In this document: positions 35,676-43,806 of the stretch, one piece after another
Position numbering within the stretch: position 1 is the first letter of the stretch
How the letters are laid out: each line of letters starts with the position of its first letter
Source: Roseburia hominis
Lineage (GTDB): Bacteria; Bacillota_I; Bacilli_A; RFN20; CAG-826
Direction: 5' to 3'
Length of the DNA: 64,000 bases
Assembly (NCBI GenBank): GCA_963642055.1
Contig: CAVIFQ010000005.1
Span: 9,633 to 73,632, forward strand
Notes under the pieces: generated by a model
The model's database searches: none
Told to the model about the DNA's origin: nothing
Seen by the model: the letters and a program-made list of their open reading frames with translations, nothing else
Translations under genes and position numbers: made by a program

Positions 35676-37103
35676 TCATTTGACGAGGTATTTTCTGCCA
35701 CTCGTTGGAAGATTGTTCGATTCGATGAATCCTCCCTCCTGGAGCTCTTTGATGATATTGTTCACGTAGGTCCTCGAAAAACCCAGATGGTCCTGGATGT
35801 CCTTTGGCCTAACGCCAGCTTTCCCTTTGGAGGCGATGTATTCAAGGGCCTTTCGCTTATTCACGGAGAGCTCATCTCCCTCTTTTTCCTTTTTCTTTAG
35901 ATAGATAATGAAGGAGGTTTCCTCTGGATGGGCTTGTTCAGTTAGTAAGGGCGTAGGCAAAGAAAGAGTTTCGGCGGAAGAGAAGAGGTTCGGTATCCCC
36001 GTGCCCGCTTTATCGGAAATGCCCAAAAGCCGGAAAAAGGTGTGTATTTGGGCATTCCTTGGCCCGCTTTTCCCGCCTTTTAAGGCTTGCTTCAATCCGA
36101 CCTTAACTCGCCCAGCGTTTCTTTCGATGAGCTTATCCCCCGTCAAAAGAATGGTTAACCCGCCATATAGCAAAACGGCATAATTGCTTAAGGCATTCAC
36201 GAGGAGCTCCCGCAAAATCGCTTGGCCTTTCAAAGCGCCGATATCCTGGTCTTTTGAGGCTATATAGGGCTTAGGCATAAAAGGCTCCGCCCTTTGATAC
36301 ACCAAAGAATAGAAATCGAACATATTCCCTGACCAGCCCATATCATCGGCGACGATGCGGTAATTCCATTTATCCTCGAAGGAAGAGGCTTCCCGATAAT
36401 CGAGAAGATAATCCTGAAAGACGGAGACGATCTTGAAGTAGTTGCTAAACATAAGGAGAGCCCCATTCGTCAAGACAGGTTCACCGTTACTATTTTTGGC
36501 GAAAGCGCCGATGGCATTAAGGAAATCCTTGTCGCTCAACGATGAATAATAGCTTCTAGGATGAACAATTTCGTATTTCTCCCTGAAAGAGTGAAGAGTC
36601 TCTATGTTCACGTCCTCGAAACCGTAATTCATCTTATTGGGGAGATAGTCGTAATTCTCGGTGGAATTATCGATGAGCATGGAGCGTATCTCATTCACCT
36701 CGGCCTTATGATCCCCTTCCCCTACTCTGATATAGGAATCAGCGAGATTGGAATTCAGAAAGACGGGCTTTTCGTTCCTTGGGGCTTCGTGAATATCAAC
36801 TTTGATTATTTGCTTGCCCTCTATTTCGATAACCTCGATATTCGATTCATTGATGAGAGGAAGAGAGACCTTCGTCTTGTTTCTCGATGTAGCGAGAATC
36901 GCATCGATCATCTGTTTAGGATTCTTTACGCCGATAACCTCATTCCCGTTTGTTACCTCCTTGATTCCTAGATAAATGGTTCCTCCTTCCGTATTCGCGA
37001 AAGAAGAATATGTATCCCAAAAAGAAAGAGGGAGCCCGTGCTCCGCCCCTTTAAGCTCAAGGGTTTCGCTTTCTTTCAGTTCACTTATATCTCTTAGTGT
37101 CAT
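35676..37103 (-). CDS. AlbA_2 (Schlafen-like) + HATPase_c_4-like + C-terminal wHTH protein (putative DNA-binding ATPase/regulator)
   Basis: N-terminus is ESETLELKGAEHGLP...SSFANTEGGTIYLGI. The middle contains LRELLVNALSN. The C-terminus is ALEYIASKGKAGVRPKDIQDHLGFSRTYVNNIIKELQEGGFI. Confidence 0.75.
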   Translation of the reverse strand: MTLRDISELKESETLELKGAEHGLPLSFWDTYSSFANTEGGTIYLGIKEVTNGNEVIGVKNPKQMIDAILATSRNKTKVSLPLINESNIEVIEIEGKQIIKVDIHEAPRNEKPVFLNSNLADSYIRVGEGDHKAEVNEIRSMLIDNSTENYDYLPNKMNYGFEDVNIETLHSFREKYEIVHPRSYYSSLSDKDFLNAIGAFAKNSNGEPVLTNGALLMFSNYFKIVSVFQDYLLDYREASSFEDKWNYRIVADDMGWSGNMFDFYSLVYQRAEPFMPKPYIASKDQDIGALKGQAILRELLVNALSNYAVLLYGGLTILLTGDKLIERNAGRVKVGLKQALKGGKSGPRNAQIHTFFRLLGISDKAGTGIPNLFSSAETLSLPTPLLTEQAHPEETSFIIYLKKKEKEGDELSVNKRKALEYIASKGKAGVRPKDIQDHLGFSRTYVNNIIKELQEGGFIESNNLPTSGRKYLVK

Positions 37104-37122
37104 AGGCTTTATCTCTTAAACA

Positions 37123-37230
37123 AACTATACAACTAAATTCGCAAACTATACAACTTTTCTTTAAAACTATACAACTAAACTTTGCAACTATACAACTAAA
37201 CTTGTCAACTATACAACCAAACTATAAAAC
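37123..37230 (-). repeat. 21-bp tandem repeat x5 (plus 1 degenerate) with core AACTATACAAC (GTTGTATAGTT on the coding strand)
   Basis: Cores at 37123, 37144, 37165, 37186 and 37207 give an exact 21-bp period; a degenerate copy lies at 37220. On the gene strand each core contains TGTATAGT, an extended -10-like octamer. The first core is 20 nt upstream of the ATG. Confidence 0.9.
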
Positions 37231-37429
37231 AAGAGCCTCATTCAAGTGCCATCCAAAAACGGCCAAACCGGTAAAAAATATGGCATCGCTCTTATTGTTT
37301 TAATACGTCGAGGCAAGAAAAAGAGCAATCGTAATGGCGAACATCAAGATACGTGTATTTCATACGGGCGAAGTGTGCGTGGCGGTGGAAATTCGCGAAA
37401 AAGATCAGCAAGTAATAGCACAACGTCAA

Positions 37430-37463
37430 TAAAAGCCACCGCGTATTTCATCGGTGGCTTTTA
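37430..37463. terminator. bidirectional terminator 3' of the beta-helix-like lipoprotein gene
   Basis: AAAAGCCACCG-N10-CGGTGGCTTTT. Confidence 0.6.
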
Positions 37464-37479
37464 TGAATGTAGGGGGCAT

Positions 37480-38790
37480 CTATTTGTAGCTAATAGAGGA
37501 AGTTGAGCCGTAATAGGTCTTGCTCGTATCCCAATCTTGGTCATTGAGCTTGACACTGACGCTCGCTCCGTTTTTGCCGGTCGTCCCCCATTGATTAGTG
37601 GCTTCCGCCACCATGAGGTAATCGGAAGAGGAGGCTTGAGTGAAGCTGTTATCGCTTAAGGTAACGACGGCCGTGATATTGGTGAGATAGAACATCGGGA
37701 CATCGCTCGTGGTGACTATAAAAGAGCAGGAGGTGGCGTAGAAATAGTCGGTGCCTTCGCTTGAATCGCCAGAGAAGGACTGATAGATGAAGATGCCACC
37801 GCGATCGATGACGTGAGTCGAGGAAGAAGAATCGCTTGTGCCGCTTCTATTGCCATCCCCTGAGCAAGAGAATGAGCAATCAGTGAGCGTCGCGCTTGAC
37901 CCGCCCTCCACCACGACCATCTGGGCTTTATTGGCGGTGCCAGAGGAAGAAGAGACGGTGATGGAATCGGTGCTATAAATAAGAGGAGAGCCATTCGAAT
38001 TGGTCTCGAGTTCCATATTGCTTGCGACGATACTGCCTCCACCCCTATCATTGGCGAGAGCCGCGCAAGAAGCGCCTTGTGTGGTTATCTTGACATTATT
38101 CGCCGTGATATCGCCGCCATAAGTGGTATGTAATCCCCTTGAGCCCGCGGAACCGCTGGTGCTGATCGAAGAAGAGGAAATCGTGATTTGACCATCATTT
38201 GTAGCCACAACAGCATTGGAGCCATTGCTCGAAGTTACGATATCCGCGTATTCGATCGTCGCTGAGGAGGCAGAGCCCGAAACCACGATTCCCGAGTTGA
38301 TGCCGTAGAAATTGTAATCATCGGACACTTGGCCGTTGCTCGCCGCGCTGCCGCTTTTATTCACGCTGACGTAGTTATCGCTGCTGCCTTTGATAGAGAG
38401 AGTGCCGCCATTGACGACGAGGAAGACAACTTGGTTAGAAGAAGAAGAGGCACTTATGTATTCCCCAGAGGTGATTTCGACTTTCACCCCATCGATAAGA
38501 TAGGCAGCTGAGATCGTCTTCGTGGTCGTTTGTCTCCCGTAGACGAATGAGAGGGAGGCACTGCCGCTTTTTATCTCATTGCCCGATGTGTCATAGAGTT
38601 TATCGGAGGTAGTACTCGCTGAATTTGAGGTGCCTGAAGAAGTGCTGGTAGATGAGCTGCCTTTAGATGACGAGCTACTCTCAGTTGATGAAGAAGCGGT
38701 GTTGCCACTGCTGCTACCTATATTCGCTGAGCAAGAGGCGCAGAGCAGCGTAACCGCGAGAGCTGGAATCAATAATCTGGATTTTTTCAT
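37480..38790 (-). CDS. surface lipoprotein, Ser/Gly/Thr-rich with parallel-beta-helix-like repeats; function unknown
   Basis: Lipobox LLCASCS and a poly-S/T linker. Repetitive blocks such as GGDITANNVKITTQGASCAALANDRGGGSIVASNMELETNS suggest a beta-helix fold. Confidence 0.55.
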   Translation of the reverse strand: MKKSRLLIPALAVTLLCASCSANIGSSSGNTASSSTESSSSSKGSSSTSTSSGTSNSASTTSDKLYDTSGNEIKSGSASLSFVYGRQTTTKTISAAYLIDGVKVEITSGEYISASSSSNQVVFLVVNGGTLSIKGSSDNYVSVNKSGSAASNGQVSDDYNFYGINSGIVVSGSASSATIEYADIVTSSNGSNAVVATNDGQITISSSSISTSGSAGSRGLHTTYGGDITANNVKITTQGASCAALANDRGGGSIVASNMELETNSNGSPLIYSTDSITVSSSSGTANKAQMVVVEGGSSATLTDCSFSCSGDGNRSGTSDSSSSTHVIDRGGIFIYQSFSGDSSEGTDYFYATSCSFIVTTSDVPMFYLTNITAVVTLSDNSFTQASSSDYLMVAEATNQWGTTGKNGASVSVKLNDQDWDTSKTYYGSTSSISYK

Positions 38791-38979
38791 AAGAGGTTCT
38801 CCTTTGCTGGATGAAACAACAATAAAAGAGCAACCTTAAAGGAACCTTAAGGATGTAGAAAAAATCCGGAAAAGTTATTTTTGATGAGATTCAGCGGATC
38901 GGAAACACAAAACCAACCAGCCATAAGTGACCTTATAGTGGCGATTTATCGTTACCGAAGATGGCGGATTTGACGCAAA

Positions 38980-39045
38980 AGTTTTGGGAATGAATTCCAA
39001 AAACTTTCTGAAATCGCATAGTTTTTGGAATTAATTCCAAAAACT
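38980..39045. repeat. two 26-bp palindromes 40 bp apart (AGTTTTTGGAATTAATTCCAAAAACT perfect; AGTTTTGGGAATGAATTCCAAAAACT imperfect)
   Basis: Read directly at 38980-39005 and 39020-39045. They lie in the 411-bp spacer between the AlbA_2 gene 3' end and the lipoprotein gene start, and may act as terminators. Confidence 0.85.
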
Positions 39046-39201
39046 TTTTAAGATTCTGATAAAGCATTGACGACGTTATTGGCATTCAATCGACGACATT
39101 TCTCGTCAAAAAATGAATCAAGCCTGTGTTTTTTATAACCGTGAGAAAAACGAACGATTATCAAAATGTTTCAGTAGAGAATCTTCAGCAAAAGTTAATA
39201 A

Positions 39202-40608
39202 TCAACGCGAAATTCGCCAATATCCTCTTGTGCCACCGATTCTTTCAATGATCTTTTTGTCTTTCAAAGAGTCGAGCGCTCGTTGAATGGTTCTAGCCGA
39301 TCTGCCAGATTTCTCAGTGATTTCGTATTTAGTAATGCGCGGATTATCCTCTATTTCTTGAAGGATTATCTTTTCAAATTCGGACAACGAATCGGTGGCA
39401 TCGTTAGCGACATCATTGGTGATGTCATTGGCGACATCATTACTGGCGCCATCATCGACATCATTGGTGACATCGATAACGTCATTGGTGCCATTGTTGG
39501 TATTGTTGCGATAAAAAACAAACCAAAATCCATCGATTTCTTTTTCGTAACCGACCTTGACATTGCTCTTCTTACAATATGAATAAGTCTTCGAAAAGCC
39601 AGTGCCCCACTTCTCGATGGCTTTGCATCTAAATAAGACATCGCAAATCAATTCGTTTCTGACCTTGGAAGAGATGGCTTTGTTCACGAAATCCTCGGGG
39701 TTATAGCCATCGGGAAAAGCGCCTGGGTTATAAATTGCGATTCTATTTGGAAATATATCGATTTCGTTCTTGCTCCACCCTACGTAATTGGCGTGAGCAA
39801 AAGAATTGACGATGATCTCCCTTAAAGCGTCGAGCGGCACTTCAGGCACGTCAGTCCTATCGAAGCCCTTGATTTGGACGCTCCAGTGTATGTTCTTTTT
39901 GATGTATTTCTCAGATTCTTCGATCAAGCTGAAAATATTTCCTTTAATAGGCGATATATCGATAAATGTCCTCTTTTCATTGGTGGCGAAAACCGCCATT
40001 TTAAGCTCAATCGGCCCTTTATTCGAAAACAAGAAGCGGCCAGCGTTATTCAAATGGAATTTATCGGCCGCTAGTAAACCAAGTTGCTCAAGAAGAGCGG
40101 GCTTATCGTATTTCATGGTCCCGATTCTTCCGCATGAAATGGCTTTATCGAAGAATTTGGCCAATTGGTCTTCGTCAACATCATCGATGGTGTCTTCCGA
40201 TTTTTGCTTTTCCCAGGATTTATAATTCACTTCAATGATCATTCTGGTGAGCTCATCGGGAGTCATTTCCCTGCTTTCGTCAGAAACGCGGACATAGTAT
40301 CTCCCGAAAGCGGAATACGGCCTTTCGTTTCCTTCGAAGGTGACTTTGATGATTCTTGAATCAGGAACTTCTTCTATGACGGGGAAAATCTGTGGCTTGA
40401 GCTTTTCGAATATTCTTCTGGAGATATCTCTTTGGGTATCTTGGCCAATGTCGAAACCGATGGCATCGCCGTTATTTTTAACGCCAAAATACAAAATGCC
40501 GCGCCCATGCTTATTGAGAATGGCTGCTATATCGATGATTGAGTCATCGAGCTCATTCGTCGTTTCTTTGAATTCCAGTAATTCCGATTCTTTTCCAAGG
40601 TTCATCAT
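39202..40608 (-). CDS. AlbA_2 + HATPase_c_4-like + C-terminal wHTH protein (second paralog) with an (N-D-V/I-x)n linker
   Basis: N-terminus is ESELLEFKETTNELDD...GRGILYFGV. The middle is LREIIVNSFAHANY...IAIYNPGAF. The linker is NDVIDVTNDVDDGASNDVANDITNDVANDATDS. The C-terminus is a wHTH (ITEKSGRSARTIQRALDSLKDKKII). Confidence 0.75.
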   Translation of the reverse strand: MMNLGKESELLEFKETTNELDDSIIDIAAILNKHGRGILYFGVKNNGDAIGFDIGQDTQRDISRRIFEKLKPQIFPVIEEVPDSRIIKVTFEGNERPYSAFGRYYVRVSDESREMTPDELTRMIIEVNYKSWEKQKSEDTIDDVDEDQLAKFFDKAISCGRIGTMKYDKPALLEQLGLLAADKFHLNNAGRFLFSNKGPIELKMAVFATNEKRTFIDISPIKGNIFSLIEESEKYIKKNIHWSVQIKGFDRTDVPEVPLDALREIIVNSFAHANYVGWSKNEIDIFPNRIAIYNPGAFPDGYNPEDFVNKAISSKVRNELICDVLFRCKAIEKWGTGFSKTYSYCKKSNVKVGYEKEIDGFWFVFYRNNTNNGTNDVIDVTNDVDDGASNDVANDITNDVANDATDSLSEFEKIILQEIEDNPRITKYEITEKSGRSARTIQRALDSLKDKKIIERIGGTRGYWRISR

Positions 40609-40637
40609 GTTGCTTTACCCGCTCATATTATAGCAAG

Positions 40638-40781
40638 TGGCACAAATTTGGCACTAATAATGGCACTAATGGCACTAATGTGGCACCAATTTGGCACAAA
40701 TTTGGCACTAATAACACCAATTTGGCACTAATCGTGGCACTAATGTGGCACTAATGGCACTAATCATGGCATCAATGGCAC
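40638..40781 (-). repeat. array of 13 TGGCA(C/T) hexamers plus 1 degenerate copy, mean spacing 10.6 bp (TTAGTGCCA on the gene strand)
   Basis: Hexamer starts are 40638, 40649, 40661, 40670, 40681, 40692, 40703, (40713), 40723, 40735, 40746, 40755, 40767 and 40776. The array starts 30 nt upstream of the ATG and overlaps the -35 position of a TGCTATAAT promoter (-10 at 40627-40632). Confidence 0.9.
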
Positions 40782-40878
40782 AAATACCTTTTCGGCCATT
40801 TGTCATATCGGAAGATAGTTCCCTCATATCCCGATATCAAAAAAAGCCTGACCATTTGATCAAGCCTTTAAATTCTAT

Positions 40879-40952
40879 TGGTGCCCCGCCGCAGAGTCGA
40901 ACTACGGATTGGTCCTTACCATGGACCCGTTATACCGTTTAACTAGCGGGGC
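40879..40952 (-). tRNA. tRNA-Thr (anticodon GGU), CCA encoded
   Basis: Hand-folded cloverleaf. Acceptor is GCCCCGC/GCGGGGC. D arm is GTTA-AACGGTA-TAAC. Anticodon arm is GGTCC-AUGGUAA-GGACC. T arm is CGTAG-TTCGACT-CTGCG, then ACCA. Confidence 0.85.
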
Positions 40953-40982
40953 GTCTCTCTCGCAGATTTCGCTGCGAGAGTG

Positions 40983-41011
40983 ATTATAGGTTAGTGATAT
41001 CCCCCTTGCAA
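40983..41011 (-). promoter_or_regulatory. consensus-like sigma-70 promoter driving tRNA-Thr
   Basis: On the minus strand: TTGCAA, a 17-nt spacer, then TATAAT, ~30 nt upstream of the tRNA 5' end. Confidence 0.55.
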
Positions 41012-41029
41012 GAAGGAATGAAGCATTCC

Positions 41030-42331
41030 TCACTCCTTTTTCGCGAGAAACTCCCCATATAAATCGTAAGTGGAGCTAGAGATAATCTTCACAGAAGCGA
41101 TATCCCCTTCTTTTAAGGGCGTATCGCTCGTAAAGAAGATATTGCCATCGATCTCATCCGGGGCGTTCCAGTAGCTGCGGAGCGAGTAACGCTTTCTCTC
41201 ATTATCATACCCTGTGACGATGCCTTCCATGCTCTCGCCGATGTGCCTCTCGTTATGCTCCTTGGAGATAGAGGCGGCAAGGGCCATGACTTCCTTTTGC
41301 CTGCGCTTTTTGGTGCTATAAGGGACTTGGTCCTTATAGGAATAAGCGGCGGTCCCTTCTTCCCGGGAATAGGTAAAATCGCCTAGATGGTCAAAGCCGA
41401 CCTCTTTGATGAAGGAAAGAGTGGCTTTATGGTCTTCCTCATTCTCCCCTGGGAAGCCGCTGATCAAAGTGGTGCGGAGCACCGCTTTCGGCATGAGCTC
41501 CTTGATGCGCTTAAATAGAGCAAGCATTGAAGCGACATCCCCATGCCTATTCATTAATTTAAGAAGATGATCGCTCGCGCATTGGATCGGCACATCGAAA
41601 TACGGGGCAATCGATTTTGAGGAAGCGATGAAGAGGAGCTCCTCTTCCGTTATTTCCTCAGGGTAAAGATAAAGGAGTCTAATCGAATAGAAGCCCAAAG
41701 AATCGAGCATCTTGAGCAAGTCCAGCATATCGGGCTTCTTGTTTACAAAGTCGCACCCATAATGCATCGGATCCTGGGAGATGATGCTGATTTCCTTGAT
41801 TCCTTCACTTTTCAGTTTCTTCGCTTCTTCTTCGATTTCTTCAAAGGGGCGAGAGAGATATCTTCCTCTTATATAAGGTATCGCGCAGAAAGAGCACATA
41901 TTGTTGCACCCCTCGCTGATCCTTAAATAGGCTGAATAAGAGCCTGTTGAGACCACCCGATGGAGCGGAGAGATAGGCAAAATGTCTTTCGTCCCAAGCA
42001 TCTCTCCGATTATCTCATGGAGATGCGGGTAATCGCTTATCCTCGCCCACTTGTCCACTTCGGGGAGTGCTTTCTTTAGCTCTTCGTAGTTTCTTTCCAC
42101 GAAGCACCCGGAAGCGAGGAGCTTCCCTTTATAGGCGCTCATCTCGAGGATTTTGTCGATCGCCTCTTTCTTTGCATCGGCGATGAAACCGCACGTATTG
42201 ACGATGATTAAATCGGCTTCCGCGGGATTGTTCGTTATTTGATAATCCCCATCGCGAAACATCGCGAGCATCATCTCGCTGTCGACGAGGTTCTTGCTGC
42301 ATCCTAAAGATACGATTCCGATTTTCTTCAT
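41030..42331 (-). CDS. rimO: ribosomal protein S12 methylthiotransferase RimO
   Basis: N-terminus is IGIVSLGCSKNLVDSEMM. Radical-SAM motif is CNNMCSFCAIP. C-terminal TRAM domain present. Its ATG overlaps the malQ stop (ATGA). Confidence 0.85.
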   Translation of the reverse strand: MKKIGIVSLGCSKNLVDSEMMLAMFRDGDYQITNNPAEADLIIVNTCGFIADAKKEAIDKILEMSAYKGKLLASGCFVERNYEELKKALPEVDKWARISDYPHLHEIIGEMLGTKDILPISPLHRVVSTGSYSAYLRISEGCNNMCSFCAIPYIRGRYLSRPFEEIEEEAKKLKSEGIKEISIISQDPMHYGCDFVNKKPDMLDLLKMLDSLGFYSIRLLYLYPEEITEEELLFIASSKSIAPYFDVPIQCASDHLLKLMNRHGDVASMLALFKRIKELMPKAVLRTTLISGFPGENEEDHKATLSFIKEVGFDHLGDFTYSREEGTAAYSYKDQVPYSTKKRRQKEVMALAASISKEHNERHIGESMEGIVTGYDNERKRYSLRSYWNAPDEIDGNIFFTSDTPLKEGDIASVKIISSSTYDLYGEFLAKKE

Positions 42332-43797
42332 AGACGCTTGTATTTGCTTAAAAGGGTCCTTAATTCCGGGATCCTCTTCTCGAATTCGTCGAAGGAGGTG
42401 ATTCTATAGGTCCAATTGACATCATCGATGACGCTTGGCACGTTGATTCGAGCCTCACTCCCCTCTTTTAAGACATCTTGGAGCGAGATAAGGGCGTAAG
42501 AGGCGGGCAAAGAGAGCTCGTATTCGATCATCTTGTCGACGATATCGCCCTCTTTGAAGCCGAGCTCCTCGAGCTTAGCTAGCCAGCTCTTCTGCTCTTC
42601 TTCCTTCAAAGAGAGGAAGTAGCCTTTCATGGTGTCATTATCGTGGGTCCCTAAATAAGCGACGAGATGCTCTTTCTTCCACTGCTCATTATGATTGAAC
42701 TCAGCATCGAAGAAAGTGAACTCGACGACGTTCATGCCGGGGAAATTATAATGGTCGCGGAGCGTCAATACCTCTGGGCGGAGATCGCCTAAATCCTCGG
42801 CGATGATATCCACATTCGGCACCTTTTTCCATAAAGTGTCGAAGAATTCATACCCTGGCGCCTCTATCCAAGCCCCGTCAATGGCGGTCGGACAAGAAGA
42901 AGGAATCTTCCAATAGGTATCGAAAGCCCTAAAGTGATCAAGACGCAAAATATCGTAAAGAGAGGCATTCAGCTTGATGCGGTTAATGAGAAAACTGTAA
43001 TGCTCGTCTTTGAAGCGCTCCCAGTTATAGATAGGATTGCCCCATCTTTGCCCAGTCGGCGAGAAATAATCCGGCGGGACGCCCGCGATCCAGGCGGGTT
43101 TTTTATCGGCGTCTAGTAGGAACTCATTCTGCGCCTCATAGACATCGCACGAATCGTAACCCACGTAGAAAGGAAGATCGCCGATGATGCGTATGCCTTT
43201 CTTATTCGCGTAGTCCTTCAGCTTCAGCCACTGCTCATAAAGCGTTTTCTGGAGCCAAATCTCGTAATCGGCGGCCTCTTTCTCGCTTTTATTGAGCCCT
43301 TCGTATCCGCCTTTTATTTTCTCTTGCTTCTCCTTGGGCCAGTTGTCCCAGCTAGCGAGCCTCTCGCTCCGCTTTAACGACATAAAAACCGACCAATTCT
43401 TCACCCAAGGGTGGGTGGAGATAAAGCCTTCAAGGCATTTTGGGTCTTTTTCTACGGCCTTATGGAAAGCCTTATAGAGATATGGGGTTTTATAGACCCT
43501 GATATCCTCGTAGTGTACCTTATCCATCTTCTCGTTATAGGAAGTGAGATTATCGATGAGGCCGTCTTGCTCTAGAGCTAGCAAATCGATATAGAGCTCA
43601 TCGAGAGCAAAGGAGGAAAACGGCTGATACGGGGAATGGCCATAACCAAGCGGATTAAGCGGCAAAATCTGCCACAAGGAGAATCCGCCCTTATATAGCA
43701 AATCGACGAAACGGTAGGAGTTCTCCCCAAAATCGCCGATCCCAAAGCGCGAAGGAAGCGCGCTTATTGGGCACAGAATGCCAGAGCTTCTTTTCAT
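42328..43797 (-). CDS. malQ: 4-alpha-glucanotransferase (amylomaltase, GH77)
   Basis: RSSGILCPISALPSRFGIGDFG at the N-terminus, 489 aa, with GH77 blocks (DHFRAF, GTHDND). Confidence 0.9.
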   Translation of the reverse strand: MKRSSGILCPISALPSRFGIGDFGENSYRFVDLLYKGGFSLWQILPLNPLGYGHSPYQPFSSFALDELYIDLLALEQDGLIDNLTSYNEKMDKVHYEDIRVYKTPYLYKAFHKAVEKDPKCLEGFISTHPWVKNWSVFMSLKRSERLASWDNWPKEKQEKIKGGYEGLNKSEKEAADYEIWLQKTLYEQWLKLKDYANKKGIRIIGDLPFYVGYDSCDVYEAQNEFLLDADKKPAWIAGVPPDYFSPTGQRWGNPIYNWERFKDEHYSFLINRIKLNASLYDILRLDHFRAFDTYWKIPSSCPTAIDGAWIEAPGYEFFDTLWKKVPNVDIIAEDLGDLRPEVLTLRDHYNFPGMNVVEFTFFDAEFNHNEQWKKEHLVAYLGTHDNDTMKGYFLSLKEEEQKSWLAKLEELGFKEGDIVDKMIEYELSLPASYALISLQDVLKEGSEARINVPSVIDDVNWTYRITSFDEFEKRIPELRTLLSKYKRL

Positions 43798-43806
43798 AAA
43801 CGTCTC

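Noticed and set aside
37334-37432. 32-codon ORF MANIKIRVFHTGEVCVAVEIREKDQQVIAQRQ, resembling the N-terminus of MBL-fold lactonases
   Set aside because: It is too short to support. The similarity rests on a ~15-aa pattern recalled from memory, so it is noted only as possible gene debris in the island.
38980-39045. Invertible promoter (inverton) upstream of the beta-helix-like lipoprotein
   Set aside because: The two palindromes are only 14 bp apart, so they enclose no promoter-sized segment. No recombinase gene is nearby.
40638-40781. Sigma-54 promoter reading of TGGCAC
   Set aside because: Sigma-54 promoters are single TGGCAC-N5-TTGC(A/T) units. Here the hexamer is iterated 14 times without TTGC partners, and on the strand opposite to the downstream gene. 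A sigma-70 TGCTATAAT element is present.
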